The notes beneath the pieces were generated by a model, which was not told the origin of the DNA, searched no databases, and was given only the letters and a program-made list of their open reading frames with translations. Shown here one piece after another: positions 18,061 through 26,807 of a stretch of 64,000 bases of DNA. Each line of letters opens with the position of its first letter. The first letter of the stretch is position 1. The position numbers and the translations under genes are program-made. Source of the stretch: Rickettsia typhi (GTDB taxonomy: Bacteria > Pseudomonadota > Alphaproteobacteria > Rickettsiales > UBA1997); assembly GCA_945862535.1 (NCBI GenBank), contig CAMAYG010000001.1:18731-82730 (forward strand), in the 5' to 3' direction.

Positions 18061-20133
18061 ATGACCAATTCAAAAGAACCGATATCGAACATTGATAACC
18101 TTAAAGAAACTGTCAAAGACTTAGTCTTAGATGAGGTAGAGATTAAAACAAAGAAAAATAGCCAAACAGATTACCAGCCAGAAGAGGTTAAAGAGAAAAA
18201 AGAGGTGACACCAAGACAGCAAAGAACCCTAACATTGCAGAAAAAATCTAGCCTAGAAAATGCAAAAGAAGAAGTTAAAAATTTAAAAAATCATCGCACC
18301 GGAGGTGTTTTTGATCTTGTATTCAACTCAGCAGATCGTCAGAAATTCAATGCCGAAGAACATAATCATAGCTCGGAACTAGATTCAGATGATTTAAATA
18401 AATATAGCGAAGAAAATATTCACGAATTACAAAAAAATGAAAGAGCTAAACAAGTCTCTTTTGAAAAAATATCTTTTGTTAATAAGGCTTTACCGCCCAA
18501 GTCGCAAACATCAAAGGACTACCAATCTTCCGACACGGAAGATTATCCCCCTTTGCAATACCCTAAATACAGCAACAACAATCTTTTTAATTCTAATAAT
18601 TACCGCGAAAGAAATGCTTCTTACGAGGATAGAGAAGAGTACAAAAACACAAAACCCGCTTATTATAACAATCAAGCACCAGCAAGTCAAAACACTTACA
18701 ACAATAATGGTTTTGACAATTACCAAAATAACTCAATCGATAAATCTTTTAATCATCAAGGAGCAAATCAGATGTCTGGTCGTCAATTTATTGACGATGA
18801 GAACGAGGAGTTTATTGATAATTTAACGGCAAATAAAGCCAATTCCCCTAATGCAAAAACCCTAGAGCTAAAAGAACTAAAAATTCAAAAAGTTGAAGGA
18901 CTTATCGAAATTGCCTCAAAAGAATATGGCATTGAAAACATTGGTGATTTAGGTCGTCAAGATATAATATATTACATTCTTAAGAATTTCTCCGAGCAGA
19001 ATCCTCAAAATGTGATTATTGGTGAGGGTGTATTAGAGATACTTCCAGACGGTTTTGGGTTTTTAAGAGCTCCAGAAACCAACTATTTTGCTGGCTCAGA
19101 CGATATATATGTTTCGCCGAGTCAAATTAAAAGATTCGCTTTAAAAACTGGCGACACTGTTCAAGGGCAAATTCGAGCACCAAAAAAAGGAGAAAAATAT
19201 TTTGCCTTACTACGAGTTAATCAAGTTAACTTCGATAAACCCGAAAAAATAAAGTATAGGGCATTATTTGACGATCTTACCCCAATCCACCCAAATAAAA
19301 AACTAATTCTGGAAACTCAAAATATTCAAAACAGAAGTGCTGGTAATGACACAAGAATTATCGACATGATCTCTCCTCTTGGCAAAGGGCAAAGAGCATT
19401 GATTGTCGCTCCTCCAAAAACCGGAAAAACTTCCTTAATGCAAAATATTGCAAAAGTAGTCTTGGAAGAAAATCCCGAGGTTTATTTGATAGTCTTATTA
19501 ATAGATGAAAGACCAGAGGAAGTAACTGATATGAAAAGAACTGTAAAGGCAGAGGTTGTTAGTTCTACATTCGATGAGCCAGCTAGCAGACATGTTCAAT
19601 TAGCGGAAATGGTTATTGAAAAAGCTTGCAGATTAGTTGAGGCAAAAAAAGATGTTGTGATTCTGCTAGATTCTATAACAAGACTTGCTAGAGCCTATAA
19701 CACTGTAATTCCTTCTTCTGGTAAAGTTTTAACTGGCGGTGTCGATTCTAATGCCCTACAAAGACCAAAAAGATTCTTTGGTGCAGCTAGGAATATCGAG
19801 GAGGGCGGATCCTTAACAATAATTGCCACTGCATTAATTGACACTGGTTCAAAAATGGACGAGGTTATTTTTGAAGAGTTTAAAGGAACCGGCAATTCGG
19901 AAATTGTTCTTGATCGCAAAATATCAGATAAGAGAATTTATCCTGCTATCGACATTACAAAATCTGGAACTAGAAAAGAAGAATTGCTAATTGAAAGGGC
20001 AGAATTAGCAAAAATTTGGATGCTAAGAAGGATTGTCAATCAAATGAATCCTGTAGAGGCGATGGAATTTTTGTTAGCAAAAATCGAAGGAAGCAAAACA
20101 AATGAAGACTTCTTTAGATCGATGAATTCTTAA
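18061..20133 (+). CDS. rho: Transcription termination factor Rho with ~267-aa N-terminal low-complexity extension
   Basis: 690 aa. From about aa 268 it is colinear with E. coli Rho: L.ELK......L.......GIEN......[41 protein letters not shown], Walker [41 protein letters not shown]. The upstream 267 codons are stop-free in an AT-rich context. Confidence 0.95.
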   Translation: MTNSKEPISNIDNLKETVKDLVLDEVEIKTKKNSQTDYQPEEVKEKKEVTPRQQRTLTLQKKSSLENAKEEVKNLKNHRTGGVFDLVFNSADRQKFNAEEHNHSSELDSDDLNKYSEENIHELQKNERAKQVSFEKISFVNKALPPKSQTSKDYQSSDTEDYPPLQYPKYSNNNLFNSNNYRERNASYEDREEYKNTKPAYYNNQAPASQNTYNNNGFDNYQNNSIDKSFNHQGANQMSGRQFIDDENEEFIDNLTANKANSPNAKTLELKELKIQKVEGLIEIASKEYGIENIGDLGRQDIIYYILKNFSEQNPQNVIIGEGVLEILPDGFGFLRAPETNYFAGSDDIYVSPSQIKRFALKTGDTVQGQIRAPKKGEKYFALLRVNQVNFDKPEKIKYRALFDDLTPIHPNKKLILETQNIQNRSAGNDTRIIDMISPLGKGQRALIVAPPKTGKTSLMQNIAKVVLEENPEVYLIVLLIDERPEEVTDMKRTVKAEVVSSTFDEPASRHVQLAEMVIEKACRLVEAKKDVVILLDSITRLARAYNTVIPSSGKVLTGGVDSNALQRPKRFFGAARNIEEGGSLTIIATALIDTGSKMDEVIFEEFKGTGNSEIVLDRKISDKRIYPAIDITKSGTRKEELLIERAELAKIWMLRRIVNQMNPVEAMEFLLAKIEGSKTNEDFFRSMNS

Positions 20134-20164
20134 TTTACCACTAACACAACAATATTAAGTCAGC

Positions 20165-21388
20165 ATGAAGTCTTTGGTTTTTCCTTCAATGAAAATCGCC
20201 ACCACTAATTGCGGTATCAAATATCGCAACCGTGACGATTTATTGTTAATCACTTTTAACAAAAATGTTGCTGTTGCAGGGGTTTTTACCACCTCCTCAA
20301 CAAGAGCTGCCCCTGTTTTGCATTGTCAAGAGGCGGTAAAATCACTTTACTCCAGAGCATTAATTGTTAACTCTGGAAATGCTAATGCTTTTACAGGATT
20401 AGCCGGTAAAGAAATTGTAAAAAATGTAGTTAAGGAGTTGTCAATACTTTTAAATTGTCAGGAAAAGGAAGTTTTATTTTGCTCAACTGGAGTTATTGGC
20501 GAGTATTTCGATTATAAACTAATTACTAATGCCCTACCTAAAATGCTTAACGATGGTCTTGATGCCAATTTTAGCAGTTTAGAATTAGCTTCTAAGGCAA
20601 TCATGACAACAGATACAAAAAATAAAATATCTAGTCGTTCTGCTCAAATAAACGGAAAAGAAGTTAATATCACAGGTTTTGCTAAAGGATCTGGCATGAT
20701 CGCTCCTAATATGGCAACAATGCTTGCTTTTATTATTACCGATGCAAATATACCACCAAAACTACTGCAGAAAATAACTCAAATGACCGCAGAAATAAGT
20801 TTTAATTCTATTTCTGTCGATGGCGATAAGTCTACAAACGATAGTTTTATTGCTTTTGCAACTGCAGAGGCTGAAAATCAAGAGTTTGATGATATTAATC
20901 AGGTCGAATTACAAGACTTTATTGGTAAATTTAACGAAGTGGCAATCGATCTTGCAAAAATGATTGTTTTTGACGGCGAAGGATCGAAAAAAATCATCGA
21001 AACTACGGTTATTAATGCCGAGAATTACTATCAGGCAAAGAATATTGCCATGTCGGTAATAAACTCGCCATTAGTTAAAACTGCAATTGCTGCCGCAGAT
21101 CCGAATTGGGGAAGGGTGATTATGGCAATTGGCAAGGCGGAGCCAAACCTTGACCCAGACAAAATTAAACTTTGGTTTGGCGACAATCTTATTGCTGAAA
21201 ATGGGCAGAAATCTAACTCTTACAACGAACAGAATGCTCATGAATACTTAAAGCAAGCTAAGATATCGATAACTATAGATATTGGTAAGAGTAACAACTT
21301 GGGAATGTTAACAAAGATTAGTGCTAGAGTCTGGGGATGCGATCTTAACGAAGAATATATTAAAATTAACAAGGATTATCGAAGTTAA
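20165..21388 (+). CDS. argJ: Bifunctional glutamate N-acetyltransferase / amino-acid N-acetyltransferase ArgJ
   Basis: 407 aa. Motifs NSGNANA.TG, GFAKGSGMI.PNMATMLAFI.TDA (autocleavage Thr) and SVDGD.STND. Confidence 0.92.
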   Translation: MKSLVFPSMKIATTNCGIKYRNRDDLLLITFNKNVAVAGVFTTSSTRAAPVLHCQEAVKSLYSRALIVNSGNANAFTGLAGKEIVKNVVKELSILLNCQEKEVLFCSTGVIGEYFDYKLITNALPKMLNDGLDANFSSLELASKAIMTTDTKNKISSRSAQINGKEVNITGFAKGSGMIAPNMATMLAFIITDANIPPKLLQKITQMTAEISFNSISVDGDKSTNDSFIAFATAEAENQEFDDINQVELQDFIGKFNEVAIDLAKMIVFDGEGSKKIIETTVINAENYYQAKNIAMSVINSPLVKTAIAAADPNWGRVIMAIGKAEPNLDPDKIKLWFGDNLIAENGQKSNSYNEQNAHEYLKQAKISITIDIGKSNNLGMLTKISARVWGCDLNEEYIKINKDYRS

Positions 21389-21437
21389 TCTGCATATCGT
21401 TAACACACCGCACTAACATCACAAATACACCAAGATA

Positions 21438-24400
21438 ATGTCACCACTAAAACATTTCTCAATATTTCTCTTAAAAAGTTTTTCACAATTTCTACAAAGG
21501 CAATCATTAGTCCTCTTTTTACCTTTCTCGCTGTTGGTTGGAGTGTGTTTTTACTATTTTTGTAGCAAATGTTCTGCTGACCATCAGGGCAAAACACTAG
21601 AAATCTTATTATTTTCATCGCTTCTTTTAGCTGTTTTAGCTTTGTCGATATTAATTTTAAACAACAAGAAGGATTGTTACATAAATAACAATTTAGCGAT
21701 TATTAACTATTTAAAGCTCCATCTGTTGCTTTTTATATTTTTTATTGTTCTGTCTTTCCTCTACACATTGATTTTTAATCGCTACTTAGTTAAAAGAAAT
21801 ATTGTTGTTAACCAATATTTATACGGAAATATAATAGCTAAGGTTGTCGATATTAATCAATCTAAAGTCTTCGGCAACAAAAAAGAAAGTATATTTATTC
21901 TTACAGTTGATGGAGTGACTTTTTACCGCGAGCTAGATGGCTATTCGAACAATAATTTAAAGCTAAGTAGTGTCAAAAATCATAGACCAAATCCAAAAAT
22001 AAAGAGAAACAGCAATAAATTAGAAGCATCAAAAGCTTATTATAATCAGAAATTAGGCAACGAAATAAAAAAATGCACAGAGCAATATTTAAAATTTTCC
22101 AACGAGTTTCGGCTTTGCAAAAATAAAGCTCAAGAAAAAGTAGAAATAAACATAAAAATTAGCGAATTAAACAAGCAAATAATTGACTCAGAGCTAGAAA
22201 TTACAAAATTAGATCTTTCTTCCATTGATAGCAAAAACATAACCAGCACAACTCTCTCAAACAAGAAAAATCGACTGATACTCGATGTTAAAGAAAGGCA
22301 AGATAAAATCTTTAAACTACAATGGAATGTAAAAATACCAGCAAAATATCAAAAAATTATTAATCGTTGCGAAGAAAAAGAAGAAATTGATATAAATTGT
22401 GAAGATGATGCTTTTAACAGGTATTTACTAGAAAAACAACAAATCAAAACCAAGGGCAAAACCAAGGGCAAAACCAAAGGTAAATCAACTAATGAGCAAA
22501 GTAAAGAATCTGAAGATAACTTGCAAAACGAAGATGTTGATTTAAATAAAAATAACACAGAAGGCCGAAAATCAAACGAAATTAATGAAGAATGCTTGCC
22601 GGTAATAGAAAATTCTAATTTAGCAGAGAGAAATAATGATGCCGAAGAGGCTAATGAACCAGATCATAGCAAAACAAGCAACGAAGAGGTAGAAAATATT
22701 ATTAGTGACATTATTAATCGCTACCAAAAAGATAAAACCAATGCTATTTTCGCTAAAAATATCGCTAGATGTTTAAAATATCAACTCTCAACAGAGGTTA
22801 GAGAGTGCCATAAAAATATTGTAATAAATTTTAAAAATTGGCAAAATAGTAAAGACAAGAAAATTAAAGAAGCATTAGCTCAAAATAAAATAAAAAAAGA
22901 GCTAAAAATAAAAGAGAAAAACAAGATTTCGATGTTTAAAATGATGAATTATCACGAAATTGGCAATAATCTAGACTTGTGGCAAGATTACGATAGAAAA
23001 TTTGCTACTAACGAGCGTGACTACTTTAAGTTAAATTTTAACAACAATCTCTCTGTTAACGGTCCAAAGAAAATCAAATTAGCTTACAAAATCAACAGAT
23101 CAAACGAAGCAATGCCAAAAATTGGCGACATAATAACGGCAAAGGTTGAAATTAGCCCCGTTTCGGGTAAGAGATTTTTTGGCGACTTTAATTTTCGCCT
23201 TGATTCAATAGTAAAAGGAATTGATGCTAAGGGTAAGATTATTAGCAATATTTACATTAACAACAACATAATAAGCGATAAAAATAATTTATTTTATCAA
23301 ATAGTTGACGATTCTTTTAATTCTAAATTATCACAATTCGATTTATTTATAAAAAATTTACGACAAAGAATTTTAGCAGAAATAAACGATGTCGCCAATA
23401 AACACCAAAACATTTCAGGTTTAACAAATAACGAAGAGTTGGTAAATATGGTTGGAGCATTTCTAATTGGCATGCAAAACCTTATTAATCAAGACACTAT
23501 GGTTAAAATTCAAAAATCTGGACTTGCTCATCTTGTTTCTATTTCTGGCCTACATTTAACCTTAGCCGGCCTAATATTTTTCTATATCGCGCTAACTTTT
23601 TGTAGCTTTAGTCAAAAATTAATGCTTAATGTCAATATTCGTAAAATAGCAGCATTTTTTGCGATATTTTCGGCATTCTTCTATTTACAATTAGCTGGTA
23701 GTCCTTTGCCAGCGGTTCGTGCCTTTTTAACTAGTGGATTACTAATGCTTGCGATCATATTAGATCGCGAAGTTGTTGCAATTAGAATCGTTGCCTTAGC
23801 AATGGTTTTGTTAACAATATATAATCCAGCCAATATATTTAGTGTAAGCTTTCAGCTTTCTTTTATTGCCATTGCCTCGATAATCTCTTTTAATAATTTG
23901 TTTTTTAACTTTATTGAAAATAATAAATTTTACAATAATTTTAAGTTTACCGAATCTAATTTTGTTAAGATAATTATAAAAATCTTAAAAGCTTTTATTG
24001 CTATAGCAATCTCTTCTGTTGTTGCAACCTTATCAACAGCCCCGTTCACAATTTACCATTTTGGAGTTATTAATCCGTTAGGAATTATATCAAATTTCCT
24101 TGCAATTCCATTGGTTAGCTTTGTTACAATGCCGTTAATATTCATTTCGTTAATTTTTATAATTCTGAAGTTGGTAATATTGGAGACCGTTAACCTTAGC
24201 TTTATTATAGCTACTATCAATTTTTTGTTAAAATATTTATTATATTGGTCATTTATATCTATTGACTGGCTAATGTTTATCGTAAATAAAGTGAGCAATA
24301 TGCCATTTAACACAATAAAATTTTACCACATTAATCATTATATTTGGCTACTTTCAATTATTTTTTTGTATTTTGCAATTGCCATAACGGGAAGAGTTAG

Positions 24401-25022
24401 GGGGTTTTTTCTATTAGCTTTCTGCCTTTTGATGTCATTAATTTTTTATAATCGCCTAGATTCATTTGTGGCATTTAGCCATAATAGGCAGTTTTTTGCT
24501 TATTACTTGTTAAAAAATCAATCAATACTCAATAATGAGAAGTATTTAATTTTTTCCGATTTGCCAAAATCACAAAAAATGCAAGATTTATGGCTGAAAG
24601 ATTTTAGCTTAGCAGATAGCGATAATTTTAACATTATTAATTTAGGGTTAAAAAGTGGAGGTTACAGAATTAGCAACGATTTAAACAATGGGTTGTTAAG
24701 CAGTTCTGTAGTTAATTTGAAGTTAATTGAATGTTACCAAACTTATTGTGTTTTAAAAATGAAAAATAGCGAAAGTAGATTTATTTTGCCTTATTTTAAC
24801 ACAAAGCCCTTAGAAAATCATATAATGGTAATAATAAAACGAAGTAATGAAAAAGAGATATGCAAAACTCTCAATAAAGATAAATTAATCACAACGGTAG
24901 TTAATTTAACAGGAAAATATGCCATGCCAAGATGTGTAGGCGATATTAAACAAATTAGAAAAATTGTCGATAATAAAGATTTTAACGATCGAGAGTTTTA
25001 TTATACGACTGGTAGCGATTAA
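21438..25022 (+). CDS. comEC: ComEC/Rec2-family DNA internalization channel with a ~380-aa insertion in the N-terminal OB-fold (DUF4131) region; no C-terminal metallo-beta-lactamase motif
   Basis: 1194 aa. N-terminal TM helices, then OB-like strands (IIAKVVDINQSK..SIFILTVDG and, about 400 aa later, PKIGDIITAKVEISPVSGKRFFGDFNF). Competence-domain motif KSGLAHLVSISGLHLTLAG is followed by many TM helices. I saw no HxHxDH in the C-terminal ~250 aa. Confidence 0.85.
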   Translation: MSPLKHFSIFLLKSFSQFLQRQSLVLFLPFSLLVGVCFYYFCSKCSADHQGKTLEILLFSSLLLAVLALSILILNNKKDCYINNNLAIINYLKLHLLLFIFFIVLSFLYTLIFNRYLVKRNIVVNQYLYGNIIAKVVDINQSKVFGNKKESIFILTVDGVTFYRELDGYSNNNLKLSSVKNHRPNPKIKRNSNKLEASKAYYNQKLGNEIKKCTEQYLKFSNEFRLCKNKAQEKVEINIKISELNKQIIDSELEITKLDLSSIDSKNITSTTLSNKKNRLILDVKERQDKIFKLQWNVKIPAKYQKIINRCEEKEEIDINCEDDAFNRYLLEKQQIKTKGKTKGKTKGKSTNEQSKESEDNLQNEDVDLNKNNTEGRKSNEINEECLPVIENSNLAERNNDAEEANEPDHSKTSNEEVENIISDIINRYQKDKTNAIFAKNIARCLKYQLSTEVRECHKNIVINFKNWQNSKDKKIKEALAQNKIKKELKIKEKNKISMFKMMNYHEIGNNLDLWQDYDRKFATNERDYFKLNFNNNLSVNGPKKIKLAYKINRSNEAMPKIGDIITAKVEISPVSGKRFFGDFNFRLDSIVKGIDAKGKIISNIYINNNIISDKNNLFYQIVDDSFNSKLSQFDLFIKNLRQRILAEINDVANKHQNISGLTNNEELVNMVGAFLIGMQNLINQDTMVKIQKSGLAHLVSISGLHLTLAGLIFFYIALTFCSFSQKLMLNVNIRKIAAFFAIFSAFFYLQLAGSPLPAVRAFLTSGLLMLAIILDREVVAIRIVALAMVLLTIYNPANIFSVSFQLSFIAIASIISFNNLFFNFIENNKFYNNFKFTESNFVKIIIKILKAFIAIAISSVVATLSTAPFTIYHFGVINPLGIISNFLAIPLVSFVTMPLIFISLIFIILKLVILETVNLSFIIATINFLLKYLLYWSFISIDWLMFIVNKVSNMPFNTIKFYHINHYIWLLSIIFLYFAIAITGRVRGFFLLAFCLLMSLIFYNRLDSFVAFSHNRQFFAYYLLKNQSILNNEKYLIFSDLPKSQKMQDLWLKDFSLADSDNFNIINLGLKSGGYRISNDLNNGLLSSSVVNLKLIECYQTYCVLKMKNSESRFILPYFNTKPLENHIMVIIKRSNEKEICKTLNKDKLITTVVNLTGKYAMPRCVGDIKQIRKIVDNKDFNDREFYYTTGSD
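22446..22481. repeat. In-frame 12-bp x3 tandem repeat inside the comEC insertion
   Basis: aaaaccaagggc / aaaaccaagggc / aaaaccaaaggt at 22446, 22458 and 22470. It encodes KTKG KTKG KTKG. Confidence 0.85.
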
Positions 25023-25034
25023 AATTTCGATTCT

Positions 25035-25451
25035 CTAGTTTAAAGATTTCGAGACGAAGGCAAGATTCTTTAAATTAAGCCTCTGCAAAATATCAAGCAC
25101 TAGTGCGATTGTAAAAAACTTAACATTATTTTCTATAGAAAGTTGTATTTGAATGTTTTTGTCGTCTATTTTCGTTAAATAGCTTTCTATTTCCTTGATT
25201 GTAGAGCTTTTTCCATCGATAAAAAAGACAGAATCTTGGTTTATTGCCAAATTTATACTTTTTAATTTTTGATATTGTTTTGTTCCTAGATTCTGCGGCA
25301 GGTCTAAATTTAACAAATTCTGTGCCTGATTTATTGCTGGTATTGTTACTAATAAAATCACCAAAAGAACCAATAAAACATCAATCAACGGAGTCATATT
25401 GATTTCTGCTAAATTGTCAAAACTATTCTTCTTTTTCTGATTAAGCATCAC
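25035..25451 (-). CDS. exbD: Biopolymer transport protein ExbD/TolR
   Basis: 138 aa. INMTPLIDVLLVLLVILLV is a single TM helix typical of ExbD/TolR. It is the last gene of a tonB-exbB-exbD-ordered trio. Confidence 0.85.
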   Translation of the reverse strand: MMLNQKKKNSFDNLAEINMTPLIDVLLVLLVILLVTIPAINQAQNLLNLDLPQNLGTKQYQKLKSINLAINQDSVFFIDGKSSTIKEIESYLTKIDDKNIQIQLSIENNVKFFTIALVLDILQRLNLKNLAFVSKSLN

Positions 25452-25458
25452 AGTAGAA

Positions 25459-26091
25459 TTATTTTTGTGAATATTGATAAATAATTAGCTTTTCAGCAAA
25501 ATGTTGTAGATTTTGCATCATGTGATTTTTTAAGCGAACAAAGCCGTTATATGCCAAAACAGCCGGAATCGCAACGACTAATCCAACCGCCGTTGCTATT
25601 AATGCTTCCGCTATTGGGCCAGAAATTGTGTTTATCGCCATTAAATCTCCTGTTTTCAAACTACCCAAAGCCTGATAAATGCCAATAACAGTGCCAAAAA
25701 GACCAATAAAAGGGGAAGAGCTACCGATAGATGCCAAAAATATAAGACCTTTTTCATGGTGGTAGCTAATTTTCTCTAGTTGTTGATTTAATTGTATTTC
25801 CGATATTTCTTTCTGCATCGAGCTTGAGAGTTTGAAATTTTGTTCTATATTTGTTAAAAATTCTTGACATATTTGTTGTATCGAGCTGTCTGCTGTTTCA
25901 AATACATCTTTTTCTTTAAGGGATTTTATTAGAGAATCTAGATTTAAGTGGCTAGACATAAATATTTCGAAATTTTTTTTAAATTTACGAAAGGTGATAA
26001 ATTTCGTTATTATTATTTGCCAGCTAATAATCGAAAGAATAACAAGAATCAGTAAAACTATTTGAATAATTATATTTGGCAGATTTGTCAT
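25459..26091 (-). CDS. exbB: MotA/TolQ/ExbB proton-channel protein
   Basis: 210 aa with three TM helices. The signature is A..SPF.GL.GTV.GI..A......G......I..GI.EAL..TA.GL.VAIPA..AYN. Confidence 0.85.
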   Translation of the reverse strand: MTNLPNIIIQIVLLILVILSIISWQIIITKFITFRKFKKNFEIFMSSHLNLDSLIKSLKEKDVFETADSSIQQICQEFLTNIEQNFKLSSSMQKEISEIQLNQQLEKISYHHEKGLIFLASIGSSSPFIGLFGTVIGIYQALGSLKTGDLMAINTISGPIAEALIATAVGLVVAIPAVLAYNGFVRLKNHMMQNLQHFAEKLIIYQYSQK

Positions 26092-26694
26092 TTAGTTTGT
26101 TAGTTTAAATTGAACCGGGATTAGAAATTGACGAGCTTTAATGTTTTCAATATTCAAAATCCATTTTTTAACACCAGATAATGCACTGCGATCTAAAATA
26201 TTATAGCCACTTGATTTTTCTAGCTTGGCATCGGTAATATTGCCTTTTTCGTTAACCTTAACAACAATAATCACCTCTCCCTCGAGTTGCTGACTTACCG
26301 CCTCTTCTGGATATTGCGGATTTGGATTAAAATGATATTTTGGATTACTGCTAATTTGTTGCTGATTATTTGCAAAATTATCTATTTGCGCTTCTTTTGG
26401 TTTATTTTGATTGCCTTGAGCGAGGCTATTTGGTTGGTTGTTATGTTTTTCGATTGTAGTTTTGCTTTCTATATAGCTTGTCTTGAAATATGAAACAGAG
26501 ATAGAATTTGGTTTTTTATTATTATATGCTTCTGTGGTTAAATTTTTTAACGGACTTAATAAAAAAATTATCATCGGAATAATGTGCAGCAGAACAACAA
26601 AAGGCAGTGATTTTATGCCAGAATCTTGAGTTGGACTAGGGCGGAATATAGGGTAGAATATGTTATCTAAACTGCCATTTGAACTGTATTTCAT
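26092..26694 (-). CDS. tonB: Energy transducer TonB-family protein
   Basis: 200 aa with an N-terminal TM anchor and an N/Q/P-rich linker. The C-terminal TonB_C pattern is P.YPEEA......EG.V...V.V...G.....K...SSGY..LD..AL..VKKW. It abuts exbB with no gap. Confidence 0.8.
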   Translation of the reverse strand: MKYSSNGSLDNIFYPIFRPSPTQDSGIKSLPFVVLLHIIPMIIFLLSPLKNLTTEAYNNKKPNSISVSYFKTSYIESKTTIEKHNNQPNSLAQGNQNKPKEAQIDNFANNQQQISSNPKYHFNPNPQYPEEAVSQQLEGEVIIVVKVNEKGNITDAKLEKSSGYNILDRSALSGVKKWILNIENIKARQFLIPVQFKLTN

Positions 26695-26726
26695 TGTCTT
26701 AATTAATAATTAACATTAAACTTTGT

Positions 26727-26745
26727 GAAAATGATAATGATTATT
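26727..26745 (-). promoter_or_regulatory. Candidate Fur box overlapping the tonB-exbB-exbD promoter
   Basis: Plus strand gaaaatgataatgattatt matches the 19-bp E. coli-type Fur consensus GATAATGATAATCATTATC at 16/19 positions. It sits 33-51 nt upstream of the tonB ATG and covers the putative -10 and spacer. Confidence 0.5.
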
Positions 26746-26759
26746 ATTAAAACAGTCAA
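26731..26759 (-). promoter_or_regulatory. Candidate sigma70-type promoter of the tonB operon (TTGACT - 17 nt - TATCAT)
   Basis: Read on the minus strand: cTTGACTgttttaataataatcatTATCATtttc. The -35 is at 26759-26754, the spacer is exactly 17 nt, and the -10 is at 26736-26731 (5/6 match each). Confidence 0.5.
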
Positions 26760-26791
26760 GAGATTTTTGATACCGATTATCAAAAATCTCT
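26759..26791 (-). terminator. Perfect 14-bp-stem hairpin 17 nt downstream of the thrS stop (putative thrS terminator)
   Basis: aagagatttttgata (26759-26772), loop ccgat, tatcaaaaatctct (26778-26791). All 14 pairs are Watson-Crick. On the minus strand it is followed by tgacTGTTTT, so the U-tract is not immediately adjacent. Confidence 0.45.
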
Positions 26792-26807
26792 CTAAATTTG
26801 GTATTTT

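Noticed and set aside
25035-26694. An alternative reading of the three-gene cluster as tolQ-tolR-tolA (Tol-Pal).
   Set aside because: The gene order is TonB-like first, then ExbB-like, then ExbD-like. The first protein has a TonB C-terminal pattern rather than a long TolA helical domain. No tolB or pal follows, because comEC is convergent. A Fur-like box precedes the cluster. ExbBD/TonB is favoured, but the MotA/TolQ/ExbB families cannot be separated with certainty by eye.
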